64,000 nt of DNA from Chiloscyllium plagiosum. Its lineage: Eukaryota. The notes below the pieces were generated by a model. The model ran no database searches. It was given only the letters and a program-made list of their open reading frames with translations, and was not told where the DNA came from. Positions within the stretch are counted from its first letter, which is position 1, and every line of letters begins with the position of its first letter. Shown in pieces: positions 13,225 to 24,499 of this stretch. The stretch covers positions 53,402,174-53,466,173 of the forward strand of contig NC_057728.1 of the NCBI RefSeq assembly GCF_004010195.1. Direction: 5' to 3'. Position numbers and translations under genes: made by a program.

Positions 13225-15206
13225 CTCATAACCATATCAAGAGATACAAGGGCAACTTAATTAGTTCTATTGAATAAGAATTGATTTTCCCTTTAGACAG
13301 TTTGATGGGAGCTAAGTTATTAATAAATAGGATTGATGGAGAATATATTCTGGTTCCAAAGCATCTGAAGTGCAATTTGTCAGCAGGAGAAACAATTGTT
13401 GGAGTAATAATGACATTGGTTATTGAGGGAGCAGACTTGCTTCTGAGGAAAGATTTGGAAGGACTTTGCCCATAATTACAAAATGCTCCAAAGGAGGTTA
13501 ACAAAACAGAAAAGTGAGACAACAGGTTCCTGGTATTTTTCCTTTATGTGAAATAACCAGAACAATGGTTAATAAAAGTCCATCAATAAGTGTTAATGTG
13601 AGACTACAACCAAATGAAAGGGTAGGTGAAATATCCTGCAAGGTGAAAATAATTCAGGTGGAGTGTTTGGTACGACATCATTAACTGAAGCATAAAAATC
13701 AGACCATGAACTAACTAAATTAGCACAGTCAGCTGATATAAAGGGAGTGGCTAAAGTAGCTCCAGAATGCTATTAAGAATGGAGAGCTGCTGAGGAAGTG
13801 GAGACATTCCCCCCTCACAGACCCACAGGTGAAGAATGGACAAAGAGTGGTACTGCCCAGTTATTGTAAGGAGATTTGTTAGTAACACATGAGATTCCCA
13901 CGGCAGGACATGTAGGTGTCTGCAAAACTCAGGTATTGTACCCGCCAAAAGATGTTCTGCAGTTTTATAAAATTTACCATACTCATCAAGTTGTCAGTAA
14001 ACCTCAACATATAATTAAACCAGCACTCCTAATTCCTATCCTGGTTTTAAAAGTCATGTATTAATGGATTGTACCACACCATTATGTCAGACAGAAGTTG
14101 GAAATGAACATATCCTTGTCATTATAGATACGACTACTCAATTTCCAGAGGCTATTCCTTTAAGAACTGTCTGAGCTAAGGTGTAGTGGAAAAACAATTT
14201 TTCATTTGATATGGCCTACCAATGGAAATTCAGTTTGTTGAAGGATCAAATTATATGTCAAAAATGTTTTGCAGGATATCATCAGTAGTTTGAGGATTAG
14301 ACAACTGCAATTGACTGCATACCGTTCACAGACCCAAAGTGCTTTTGAGAGGCATCCCCAGATTCTCAAAAGTATGAACAGAGCCTTTGTTATGAGTGTC
14401 TAGAAGATCCAGACAAAGGGCGAAATTTTCTCTTCTTTTTGACACGACATTCTCCAAACAAATCTACTGGCCTACTTGAAATAAGAGGACCATTAAAACT
14501 GATTAGAAATAAATTAAAAGTCAGAAAATTGAAACTTCAGTGTTAGAGTGTGTGTCCACATTTCTCAGAATGTTGACAGGACCATATAAAATTACACAGG
14601 AACACCTGGCAATTTCCCAAACAAAGTGAAAGAGTGGGTAAATAAACAAGTAGTGAGCAGAACTTTTAAAGCAGAGGATGAAGGTTTGGTACCATTGCCT
14701 TTAAAAGATGAGCCAATAAAAGCAAACTTTGTGGTCCCTACAATGCCGTTAAAAGTAAGATAACATATTTAATTGATACTCCTGACTGTAGGAATCGATT
14801 ATCTCACATAACATGTTGAAACAGCATAATTGTAGAGAAGACAATGAAAACATTGTGCCAAGCAGAGTAGAGGAGGCTAGGAGAAAGAAGGATATGAACA
14901 AAGGAGAAATAGGTAACATCCAAAATTAACTTCCTGCTTTAGATTAACAAATTTATAGAATTTGTACGTTGTATTTTCATATCTGGAGGACGATCAGCAG
15001 AGAGATATAATGAGTTTGCTCTGAAAATACAACGAAGTTTGTAAATATCCAATGGGGGTACACTATTAATCAAACATGACATTAATGTAGGTAATTCAGA
15101 CTCAATAAAACAAAACCCATATCAGTTAAATACAGAGAAACAGGGCCAAGTAACAAATGAAATTCAATAGAGAATCAATTGGTTGAACCAAGACAGAGTA
15201 ATTGGA

Positions 15207-15345
15207 GGATTTTGAGGGAGGGTCACTGGACCTGAAATGTTAACTCTAATTTCTGTCCGCAGATGCTGCAAGACCTGCTGAGCTGTTCCAGCAATTTCTG
15301 TTTTTGTTTTAGATTTCCAGCATCCACAGTTCTTTCCGTTTTTAC
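15207..15345 (+). mobile_element. Penelope-like pLTR (second subfamily) inserted in the Gypsy RT
   Basis: Degenerate core TGAGGGAGGGTCACTGGACCTGAAATG; GATGCTGC..GACCTGCTGAG..TTCCAGCA; tail TTTCCAGCATCC; interrupts the Gypsy SNWS|SPVILV motif. Confidence 0.7.
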
Positions 15346-16122
15346 AGAAGAATTGAAGTTCTCCTGTAATATTAGTGCCTAAACCACATGGCTCAATTAG
15401 AATATGTGTTAGACTATAGAAAAGTAAATGCAGCCACAAAGATGGATTCAAACCCTACTCCGAGACTGGAGATTGCATTAATAGGGTTGGTAATGTGTCT
15501 TTCTTAACTAAAATTAATTTGTTAAAAGGATAGATACCATTGACAACAATGGCTAAGAAAATTTCTGCTTTTGTCACACCCAACTGATTGTACCAATATT
15601 GGATTATGCCTTTGGACTTAAGAATACTCCAACTATATTTTAATGATTAATGAATTGAGTTATAACTGAAGTACCTAATTGTGTGGTTTACTTGGATGAC
15701 ACAGTAGTCACGGAAGGAACATTCAGAACAGTTAGAAAACCTGTTTACACAATTACAGTCAGCTGGGTTGGTGTTAAGTATAGCAAACAGTGAATTTCCA
15801 AAAGCCAAGGTGATGTACATGGGACATGTTGTAAGATGAGGACAGATGTTACCCAGTACAGGAAAAACAACAGCTTTAATTGACTTTTCCACCCATTAAA
15901 TTAAAACAAGATATAACAAAGTTTTTGGAATGTGTGGATTTTATCAAAAGATTAAACCTGAAGGGTGGCACTGTGGCTCAGTCATTAGCACTGCTGCCTC
16001 ACAGTGCCCAGGACCTGGGTTCAATTCCCACCTCAGGCAACTGTCTGTGCGGAATTTGCACATTCTCCTTGTGTCTGCATGGGTTTCCTCCGAGTGCTCC
16101 GGTTTCCTCCTACAATCTAAAA

Positions 16123-18787
16123 GTGTATTATATACTCCCTAACAGTCGGAGGGAAATTGAGAAACAAACTTGTAAGGAGATCCCAGCTGTCTGTAAGAAT
16201 AATAGGGTGGTTATGGTAGGGGATTTTAGCTTTCCAAACATAGACTGTGACTGAGCTGAAAATGTGTTGCTGGAAAAGCGCAGCAGGTCAGGCAGCATCC
16301 AGGGAACAGGAGAATCGACGCTTCGGGCATAAGCTCTTCTTCAGGAAGGGCTTCCTGAAGAAGGGCTTATGCCCGAAGCGTCGATTCTCCTGTTCCCTGG
16401 ATGCTGCCTGACCTGCTGCGCTTTTCCAGCAACACATTTTCAGCTCTGATCTTCAGCATCTGCAGTCCTCACTTTCTCCTCATAGACTGTGACTGCCATA
16501 GTGTTAAGGGTTTAGATGGAGAGGAATTTGTGAAGTGTGTACAAGAAAAGTTTCTGATTCAGTATGTGGATGTGCCTATTACAGAAGGTGCAAAACTTGA
16601 CCTACTCCTGGGAAATAAGGCAGGGCAGGTCACCGAGGTGTCAGTGGGGGAGCACTTTGGGGCCAGTGACCATAATATTATTAGATTTAAAATAATGATG
16701 GAAAAGGATAGACCAGATCTAAAAGTTGAAGTTCTAAATTGGAGAAAGGCCAATTTTGATGGTGTTAGGCAAGAACTTTCAAAAGCTGATTGGGGGCAGA
16801 CGTTCGCAAGTAAAGGGACGGCTGGAAAATGGGAAGCCTTCAGGAATGAGATAACGAGAATCCAGAGAAAGTATATTTCTGTTAGGATGATGGGTAAGGC
16901 TGGTAGGTATAGGGAATGCTGGATGACTAAAGTAATTGAGGGTTTGGTTGAGAAAAAGAAGGAAGCATATGTAAGGTACAGACAGGATAGATTGAGTGAA
17001 TCCTTAGAAGAGTATAAAGGGAGTAGGAGTATATTTAAGAGGGAAATCAGGAGGGCAAAAAGGGGACATGAGATAGCTTTGGCAAATAGAATTAAGGAGA
17101 ATCCAAAGGGTTTTTACAAATACATGAAGGACAAAAGGGTAACTAGGGAGAGAATAGGGCCCCTCAAAAATCAGCAAGGCGGCCTTTGTGTGGAGCCCCA
17201 GAAAGTGGGGGAGATACTAAAAGAGTACTTTGCATCAGTATTTACTGTGGAAAAGGATATGGAAGATATAGAATGTAGGGAAATAGATGGTGACACCTTG
17301 TGAAATGTCCAGATTACAGAGGAGGAAGTGCGATGTCTTGAAACGCATAAAGGAGGATAAATTCCCAGGACCTGATCAGGTGTACCCTAGAACTCTGTGG
17401 GAAGCTAAAGAAGTGATTGCTAGGCCTCTTGCCGGAAGACTGGAGGTTGGCTAACGTAGTGCACTGTTTAAGAAGGGTGGTAAGGACAAGCCAGGGAACT
17501 ATGGACCAGTGAGCCTGACGTCGGTGGTGGGCAAGTTGTTGGAGGGAATCCTGAGGGACAGAATGTATATGTATTTGGAAAGGCAAGGACTGATTAGGGA
17601 TAGTCAACATGGCTTTGTGCGTGGGAAATTATGTCTCAGAAACTTGATTGAATTTTTTGAAGAAGTAACAAAGAGGATTGATGAGGGCAGAGTGGTAGAG
17701 GTGATCTATATGGACTTCAGTAAGGCGTTCGACAAGTTTCTCAATGGGAGACTAGTTAGCAAGGTTAGATCTCACGGAATACAGGGAAACCTCACCATTT
17801 GGATATAGACCTGACTCAAAGATAGAAGACAGCGGGTGGTGGTGGAGGGTTATTTTTCAGACTGGAGGCCTGTGACCAGTGGAGTGCCACAAGGATCAGT
17901 ACTGGGTCCTCTCCTTTTTGTCATTTACATAAATGATTTGGATGCGGGCATAAGAGGTACATTTAGTAATTTTGCAGATTACACCAAAATTGGAGGTGTA
18001 GTGGACAGTGAAGAAGGTTACCTCAGATTACAATAGGATCTTGACCAGATGGGCCAATGGGCAGAGAAGTGGCAGATCGAGATTAATTCAGATAAATGCG
18101 AGGTGCTGCGTTTTGGAAAAGCAAATCTTAGCAGAACTTATATACTTAATGGTAAAGTCCTAGGGAGTGTTGCTGAACAAAAAGACCTTTGAATGCAGGT
18201 TCATTGCTCCTTGAAAGTGGAGTCGCAGGTAGATAGGATAGTGAAGAAGGCGTTTGGTATGCTTTCTTTTATTGGTCAGAGTATTGAGTACAGGAGTTGG
18301 GAGGTCATGTCGCGGCTGCACAGGACATTGGTTAGGCCACTGTTGGAATATTGCATGCAATTCTGGTCTCCTTCCTATTGGAAAGATGTTGTAAAACTTG
18401 AAAGGGTTTAGAAAAGATTTACAAGGATGTTGCCAGGGTAGGACGATCTGAGCTACAAGGAGAGGCTGAAACAGGCTGGGGCTGTTTTCCCTGGAGCATC
18501 GGAGGTTGAGGGGTGACCTTATAGAGGTTTACAAAATCATGAGGGGCATGGATAGGATAAATAGGCAAAGTATTTTCCCTAGGGTGGGGGAGTCCAGAAC
18601 TTGAGGGCATAGGTTTAGGGTGAGAGGGGAAAGATATAAAAGAGACCTAAGGGGCAACCTTTTCACACAGAAACTGGTATGTGTATGGAATGAATTGCCA
18701 GAGGAAGTGGTGGAGGCTGGTACAATTGCAACATTTAGAAGGCATTTGGATGGGTATATGATAGGAAGGTACATCTCTATGACTCCA
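16123..18787 (+). mobile_element. CR1 (HER1-like) LINE, 5'-truncated ORF2
   Basis: APE motifs VMVGDFSFPNID, LDLLLGN, GASDHN; RT motifs [39 protein letters not shown]; several stops and frameshifts. Confidence 0.92.
16254..16480. mobile_element. Penelope-like fold-back mini-insertion, near-perfect palindrome
   Basis: Perfect 15-bp TSD CATAGACTGTGACTG (16239-16253 and 16481-16495); arms 16253-16348 and 16351-16446 with one visible mismatch; 34-nt unpaired tail. Confidence 0.9.
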
Positions 18788-19908
18788 TGTGCAGGTTAGG
18801 TGAACTGGCCATGCTAAAGTGCCCATAGTGTTAGGTACATTAGTCAGCGGAAAATAAAGGGTAGGGGAATGGGTCTGGTTGGGTTACTCTTCGGAGGGCC
18901 GCTGTGGACTTATTGTGCTGAAAGGGCCTGTTTCTACACTGTAGAGAATGGAATCTAATCTAACATTCATACAATAGCCATATCCTTGACCAACTTGCTA
19001 TGAAAACAGATGAAGATAGCATTGTTAATGAAATGCCAGGCAGTCCTTGAAAAGTTAAAAGCAATTTTAATGAATAAATCTGTATTAACTAGTCCTAACT
19101 TTAACGAACCATTTAAATTAACAGTCAACACTGAAGATTTGAGGATTGATGAAGTTCTGTACAGGATGACGAGACTGGAATGGAGAAGCCTGTGGTTTAT
19201 TTTTCCAAGAAGTTGAATCAACTTCAAAAAGATATTCCACTTTAGAAAAGAAAGCTTTTCAACACTTCAAAATTTATGTTCAACACGGAAACTATGAGAC
19301 TTTGTTTTATTGCTGATCGTAATCTGTTAACTTTTATTCAGAAAGTTAAATCTAAAATTCCAGCACTTTTGGATGAAGCTTAAGTTCACAAACCTTTCTT
19401 TAACATAAAACTTGTACATATTTCCAGGAAAGGAAATGTAATTGCTGATGCTCTATCCTGAATGTGACTTGTTGTAAATTCAGGAATGTGACCAAGGAAG
19501 TTGAATGGTGATTAAGAATCTGGTGGGAAGAAGAATTAATGGTTGTGACTCCAGTGTTTTATTTATCATTCAAGTGTTTTTGAAATGGTGCTTCATGTTT
19601 TTGAGCAAGGAGGCATATTAAAACCCTTGGTGATTTTGTTTTATTTTTGCTTTTTTTATGGTTGTTGTTTTGGACCTGTGAACTATGAGTTGAGAGGTGA
19701 AGGTGAAGTTTGGATTGTGAGCAGCAGTTTACTTTTTTTTAAAAAAGAGAGAACAATCAAACTGATATTAATTTATGTGTCCATGCCTGGAAGTTAATTG
19801 CAGGTTAATTCTTGTTAAAAGAACGCTGTAGCTGCTTCAGTTTCAGAGATGCATTATGCTCAAACTGATAGTACACAGTATTGTTAACTAGGTCCTAATG
19901 AGCAGACA

Positions 19909-19984
19909 TGGAAATGTGTTGCTGGAAAAGCGCAGCAACACATTTCCATCTCTGATCTCCAGCATCTGCAGACCTCACTTTCTC
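19909..19984. mobile_element. 76-bp minimal Penelope-like fold-back insertion
   Basis: TSD CCTAATGAGCAGACA (19894-19908 and 19985-19999); 17-bp stem 19908-19924/19933-19949; 35-nt pLTR tail. Confidence 0.85.
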
Positions 19985-22447
19985 CCTAATGAGCAGACAA
20001 CCATACTAACAAGGAGAAAGCAAACTGTGAACTGGTTTTTAAACATGTTTATGTCAGAATGATTGTACCTGTGGAAGCTTCAGGATGGATAGCTCCCTAG
20101 CTATCCTTCCATTATTAACTTAGTGAAAGTTCAGAGAATATAATCTCAGTTATAAGCATCAAGTGAATATTCTCAGAGTCTACTGGAAGCAGTGTGCATG
20201 CATCAGTTTCTGCAGAAACCAAGCAAGATACAATCCCATATGCCTGTTATGTTATGGATCATGCAATCTCCTTAAATGAACTGGCCTGGTGCATCTCATC
20301 TATTATTTTCTTTTAATTTATCCTGTTACTGTATTTGTTTGTATGTCTGTCTTCATGTGAGTGGGGGCTAGAATCAAAGAAGACTTGCTTTAAATCATAG
20401 ACATTAATTAGATTACCTTGTTGTTCACCTTTGCTCTATTAGAGGGATTACATTATTAATAATTTGTTAATTGTTTTGTTTAAGCTATAAAATGATTGGT
20501 TATTCCCATAGTCCGGTACTGGTATGGTTAGGAACCATCGCTGTCATTATTGAAGGTCATTGAATATTTTAATTTCACTGTGTTTTGAATTCAGGAGTGG
20601 GAAGGCTAATTTGATTTAGCTGTCTTTGTGCCATAACTGGAGGACCAGGTGTTCAGGCTCACTCTGTTGAGACCCAAAGCTGCCCATATGTCCATTTGAC
20701 ATCATCAGTGGGTGGTATTTATTGCACTCCTCAATATTCATCCTTACAGATGCATACACAACAACTACCCAAGCTTCCTTTTCTCATTACTAATACCAAA
20801 TGTTTGTGTCTTCAACTGGTCTTGGCAAATGCAGATATTTTTTCTAATGTTGGTGGGTGTTCTACTGTATAGCCCATTTGATTTAGAAGGACCACCAGTA
20901 CTTCAACTGAGGAGCTGTCTTAGACTGAATGAGAGAATGCTGAAGATATACTTTAGGTACCTGAGAAGATCACAAGGATGGCCTTTGGAGTTTTAAGCCT
21001 GGATATCCACAATGACAGCAATATGCTGTGTCTCACAAGACCTTGCAGAACCAAACAAAAATCTAGTGATCTTAGCTTTGAACTTTTTCATTTCATCCCC
21101 AGTCCCAACCATTTTTTTGGTGGACAGTCTTTCCATTTCCCTTTGTGCACCTCTTTAAACAAAGAATCACCTCCCACCCCCCACCCCCATGCTATCACAG
21201 ATCTCATTTCCTGGGTCTCTTTTCCATGTGCTACTCCTACTGAAAAGGTGTTGGTTTCTAAATCTAATGAAAGCCCATTGAGCTGAAAGCTGCCCTTCCA
21301 TAGACACTGACTGAGAAACAAAGTCAGAGTTTCCATACTGAGCGGTAATATTACAGATTTCCAGCTCGATTATTATAACCCATCATGTTACTTACATACT
21401 TTGACTACAAGTACCTTCTCATTATATAAGCATTCCCAGCTGGCTATGATTTCCCAGGCTTGTCAATTGCTGCCTCCGTTAGAAATCTAATTACCAGCTG
21501 CTCCTTCAAAACTGGATTCCTCTTTGAAGATGCATTCTCCCTCGCCCAACCCAGGACAAAGTAAGAAACATACATTATTTTAAATTGCACTAGCAAATAC
21601 ATGGATAACCATGGGAATGCACTTGTTAACATAAATACCAGACCAAATTCAGTGATGCGATCTTGATTTGTTTTAATTGCTAGGGGGGTGGGGATGGAAA
21701 GACTGCTGGGGACAGTGAGGGCCCAGATTGTTCAATCGACCAATGTGCCTGTTGGGAGGCATTAAGAGTGCAAGAGTTTCCTGCACAGCCATCATGCAGA
21801 AGGCAACATCAAATCACTGTAGTACTTCACCCAACATAAATCCAATGCAGGTTCACTATCACTGAAATGTTATTAGAGCACTGTATGGAGAAAATGGAGT
21901 AAATGTTTTGAGTCAGAGAGGAACTGTCATTATTGGCTCTCAGTTCTTATCTACCTTGCCTCAGCCTGGGGATTTTCTAACTGTAGCAAGGGGATATTGG
22001 TCAGGGTGTGGGGGTAGGTATTGGTGTTAGTAAGAAATGCCTCTCCCCACTGTACAGGTGATTGTGGGATAATATGTTGTCAATTATATGACATAATATG
22101 TACAGCCTTGAGGGGAGGTGTGGTTAATATGAATTTATAAAGAACATCATCACTAGGAAGTCATAGAGTCATTGAGATGTACAGCATGGAAACAGACCCT
22201 TCGGTCCAACCTGTCCCTATGCCCTCTTGTTCTGGACTCCCCCACCCCAGGAAAAAGACTTTGCCTATTTAAACTATCCACTCCCCTCATGATTGCTCAG
22301 AGATAGAAGTCTTGAGCAGCCTAATAGTAGACATGAAGTATTTACCTGTACACAATTAGCATTTGTCATGTTTAAACAAAAGGTTAGGTTTGCTGATATC
22401 TTGAACATTCCAGACCTTTTTATTAACTGCTTTCCTGGAATCAATAT

Positions 22448-23130
22448 GGAGGGTGATGGCTTAGTTATTATTGCTGTTAATCCAACAACCCAGTCAATGC
22501 TCTAGGGATCCGGCATCGATTGCCCACATGGCAGATGGTGGAATTTGAATTCTATAAATATCTGGAATTAAAGAATCTAATGATGACCATGAGAAAAATC
22601 CATCTGGTTCACTAATGGGAAGGAAGCTGCCATCTTTACCTTATCTGGTCTACATGACTCCAGGCCCATAGCAACATGCTTCATTCTTAACTGCCCTCTG
22701 GAATAGGCAATAAATGCTGGCCTAGCCAGTGAAGACCTCATTCTATGAATGAATAAAAAAAACAAACAAAGACAATAGTAATGTCACTGGTCAACAAGTC
22801 CAGCATAATGGTTCTCAATTAGTGGTGCTGGAAGAGCACAGCAGTTCAGGCAGCATCCAAGGAGCAGTAAAATCGACATTTCGGGCAAAAGCCCTTCATC
22901 AGGAATGAAGCATAATACTCTGGTGGTATAGGTTCAAATCTCACCACAGTAGATGTTATAATTTAAACTAATAAATCTAGAATTTAAAAGCTGGTCTAAT
23001 GGTGACAATGAAAATATTGTTATTTTCATAAAAAGTCATTTAGTTTACTCTTTAGGAAAGGAAATCTCTAGTATTTACATGGTCTGGCCTACATGTAATA
23101 CGAGCCACACAGCAATGTTGTAATTGTGTC
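22448..23130 (+). mobile_element. Two adjacent copies of a SINE; the first shares its 3' tail with the family B LINE, the second is interrupted by a Penelope pLTR (about 22818-22907, -)
   Basis: Repeated blocks CAGATG.TG.AATTT.AA, GGAAGGAA..TGCC..CTTTAC.TGGTCT..CATG; first copy ends GGCAATAAATGCTGGCCTAGCCAG...TGAATGAATAAAAAAA. Confidence 0.7.
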
Positions 23131-23504
23131 AAACTGCTTCAAAGCCTAAAAGAAATTAAATTAGATGAACCACGTGGTATTAATCAAAGTACCAGAAATT
23201 ATAAAGATTTGTGAGGGGTAGGTCTTGCCTTACAAGTCTTATTGAATTCTTTGAGGAAGTGACCAAGCATGTGGATGAGGGTATAGCAGTGGATGTAGTG
23301 TACATGGATTTTAGTAAGGCATTTGATAAGGTTCCCCATGGCAGGCTCATGCGGAAAGTCAGCAGGCATGGGATAGAGGGAAATTTGGCCAATTGGATAG
23401 AAAACTGGCGAACCGGTCGAAGTCAGAGAGTGGTGGTAGATGGTAAATACTCAGCCTGGAGCCCAGTTACAAGTGGAGTACCGCAGGGATCAGTTCTGGG
23501 TCCT

Positions 23505-23891
23505 NNNNNNNNNNNNNNNNNNNNNNNNNNNNNNNNNNNNNNNNNNNNNNNNNNNNNNNNNNNNNNNNNNNNNNNNNNNNNNNNNNNNNNNNNNNNNNNN
23601 NNNNNNNNNNNNNNNNNNNNNNNNNNNNNNNNNNNNNNNNNNNNNNNNNNNNNNNNNNNNNNNNNNNNNNNNNNNNNNNNNNNNNNNNNNNNNNNNNNNN
23701 NNNNNNNNNNNNNNNNNNNNNNNNNNNNNNNNNNNNNNNNNNNNNNNNNNNNNNNNNNNNNNNNNNNNNNNNNNNNNNNNNNNNNNNNNNNNNNNNNNNN
23801 NNNNNNNNNNNNNNNNNNNNNNNNNNNNNNNNNNNNNNNNNNNNNNNNNNNNNNNNNNNNNNNNNNNNNNNNNNNNNNNNNNNNNNNNNNN
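23505..23891. other. Assembly gap (N run)
   Basis: 387 Ns. Confidence 1.
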
Positions 23892-24136
23892 NGAGTGTTA
23901 CAAGGGGACATAAATTTAAGGTGAAGGATGGAAGGTATAGAGGGGAAGTAAGGGGTAGGTTCCTTACCCAGAGAGTGGTGGGGGCATGGAATGCGTTGCC
24001 TGTGGGAGTGGCAGAGTCAGAATCATTGGTGACCTTTAAGCGGCAATTGGAATAGGTACATGGATAGGTGCTTAAGCTAGGATAAATGTTCGGCACAACA
24101 TCGTGGGCCTAAGGGCCTCTTCTGTGCTGTATTGTT

Positions 24137-24448
24137 AGATTAGATTACTTACAGTGTGGAAACAGGCCCTTCGGCCCAACAAGTCCACACCGACCCGCCG
24201 AAGCGCAACCCACCCATACCCCTATATTTACCCCTTTAACCTAACACTACGGGCAATTTAGCATGGCCAATTCACCTGACCCGCACATCTTTGTGACTGT
24301 GGGAGGAAACCGGAGCACCCGGAGGAAACCCACGCAGACACGGGGAGAATGTGCAAACTCCACACAGTCAGTCGCCTGAGTCGGGAATTGAACCCGGGTC
24401 TCTGGCGCTGTGAGGCAGCAGTGCTAACCACTGTGCCACCGTGCCGCC
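24137..24448 (-). mobile_element. Full-length, well-preserved HE1-type V-SINE
   Basis: Minus strand: GGCGGCACGGTGGCACAGTGGTTAGCACTGCTGCCTCACAGCGCCAGAGACCCGGGTTCAATTCC (A/B boxes), V-domain, CR1-derived tail and AATCT repeats. Confidence 0.92.
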
Positions 24449-24499
24449 AACATTGTTCTATGTTCTACGTTCTATGTTCTATAAAGCAAACCAAGATCC

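Larger units (their letters stand above)
15962..18963 (+). mobile_element. HE1-type V-SINE split into 15962-16122 and 18788-18963 by a CR1 insertion
   Basis: tRNA-like head and V-domain TGGGTTTCCTCCGAGTGCTCCGGTTTCCTCC stop at about 16122 and resume with GTGCAGGTTAGGTGAACTGGCCATGCTAAA at about 18789, ending in an AATCTAATCTAA tail. Confidence 0.85.
12497..20637 (+). mobile_element. Decayed Gypsy/Ty3 LTR retrotransposon of Gmr1 type (PRO-INT-RT-RH)
   Basis: 5' LTR remnant 12497-12736 is homologous to 20161-20637, both ending CATAAC; PBS-like TGGGG at 12737; protease C-terminal half at about 13290-13470; integrase H2C2 (HEIPTAGHVGVCKT) at about 13890 and core to about 14800; RT (SPVILVPKPHGSIRICVDYRK, YLDD) at about 15050-15960; RNase H (VLTSPNFNEPFKLTV, GNVIADALS) at about 18965-19460; purine tract near 19603-19615. 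Confidence 0.85.
23208..24483 (+). mobile_element. CR1 LINE 3' part spanning an assembly gap, with an HE1 SINE inserted near its tail
   Basis: [40 protein letters not shown]; (TTCTATG)n-like tail at 24455-24483. Confidence 0.88.

Noticed and set aside
16401..17303. 300-aa ORF as a host gene
   Set aside because: CR1 ORF2 fragment whose apparent start codon lies in the inserted Penelope hairpin.
23211..24096. Long ORFs across the N runs (also 55433-56421)
   Set aside because: Artifacts of assembly gaps; the flanks are CR1 and Penelope sequence.
24340..24448. tRNA gene-like A/B boxes (also 15962-16030 and 47820-47883)
   Set aside because: These are SINE heads continuous with the V-domain and LINE-derived tail, not tRNA genes.
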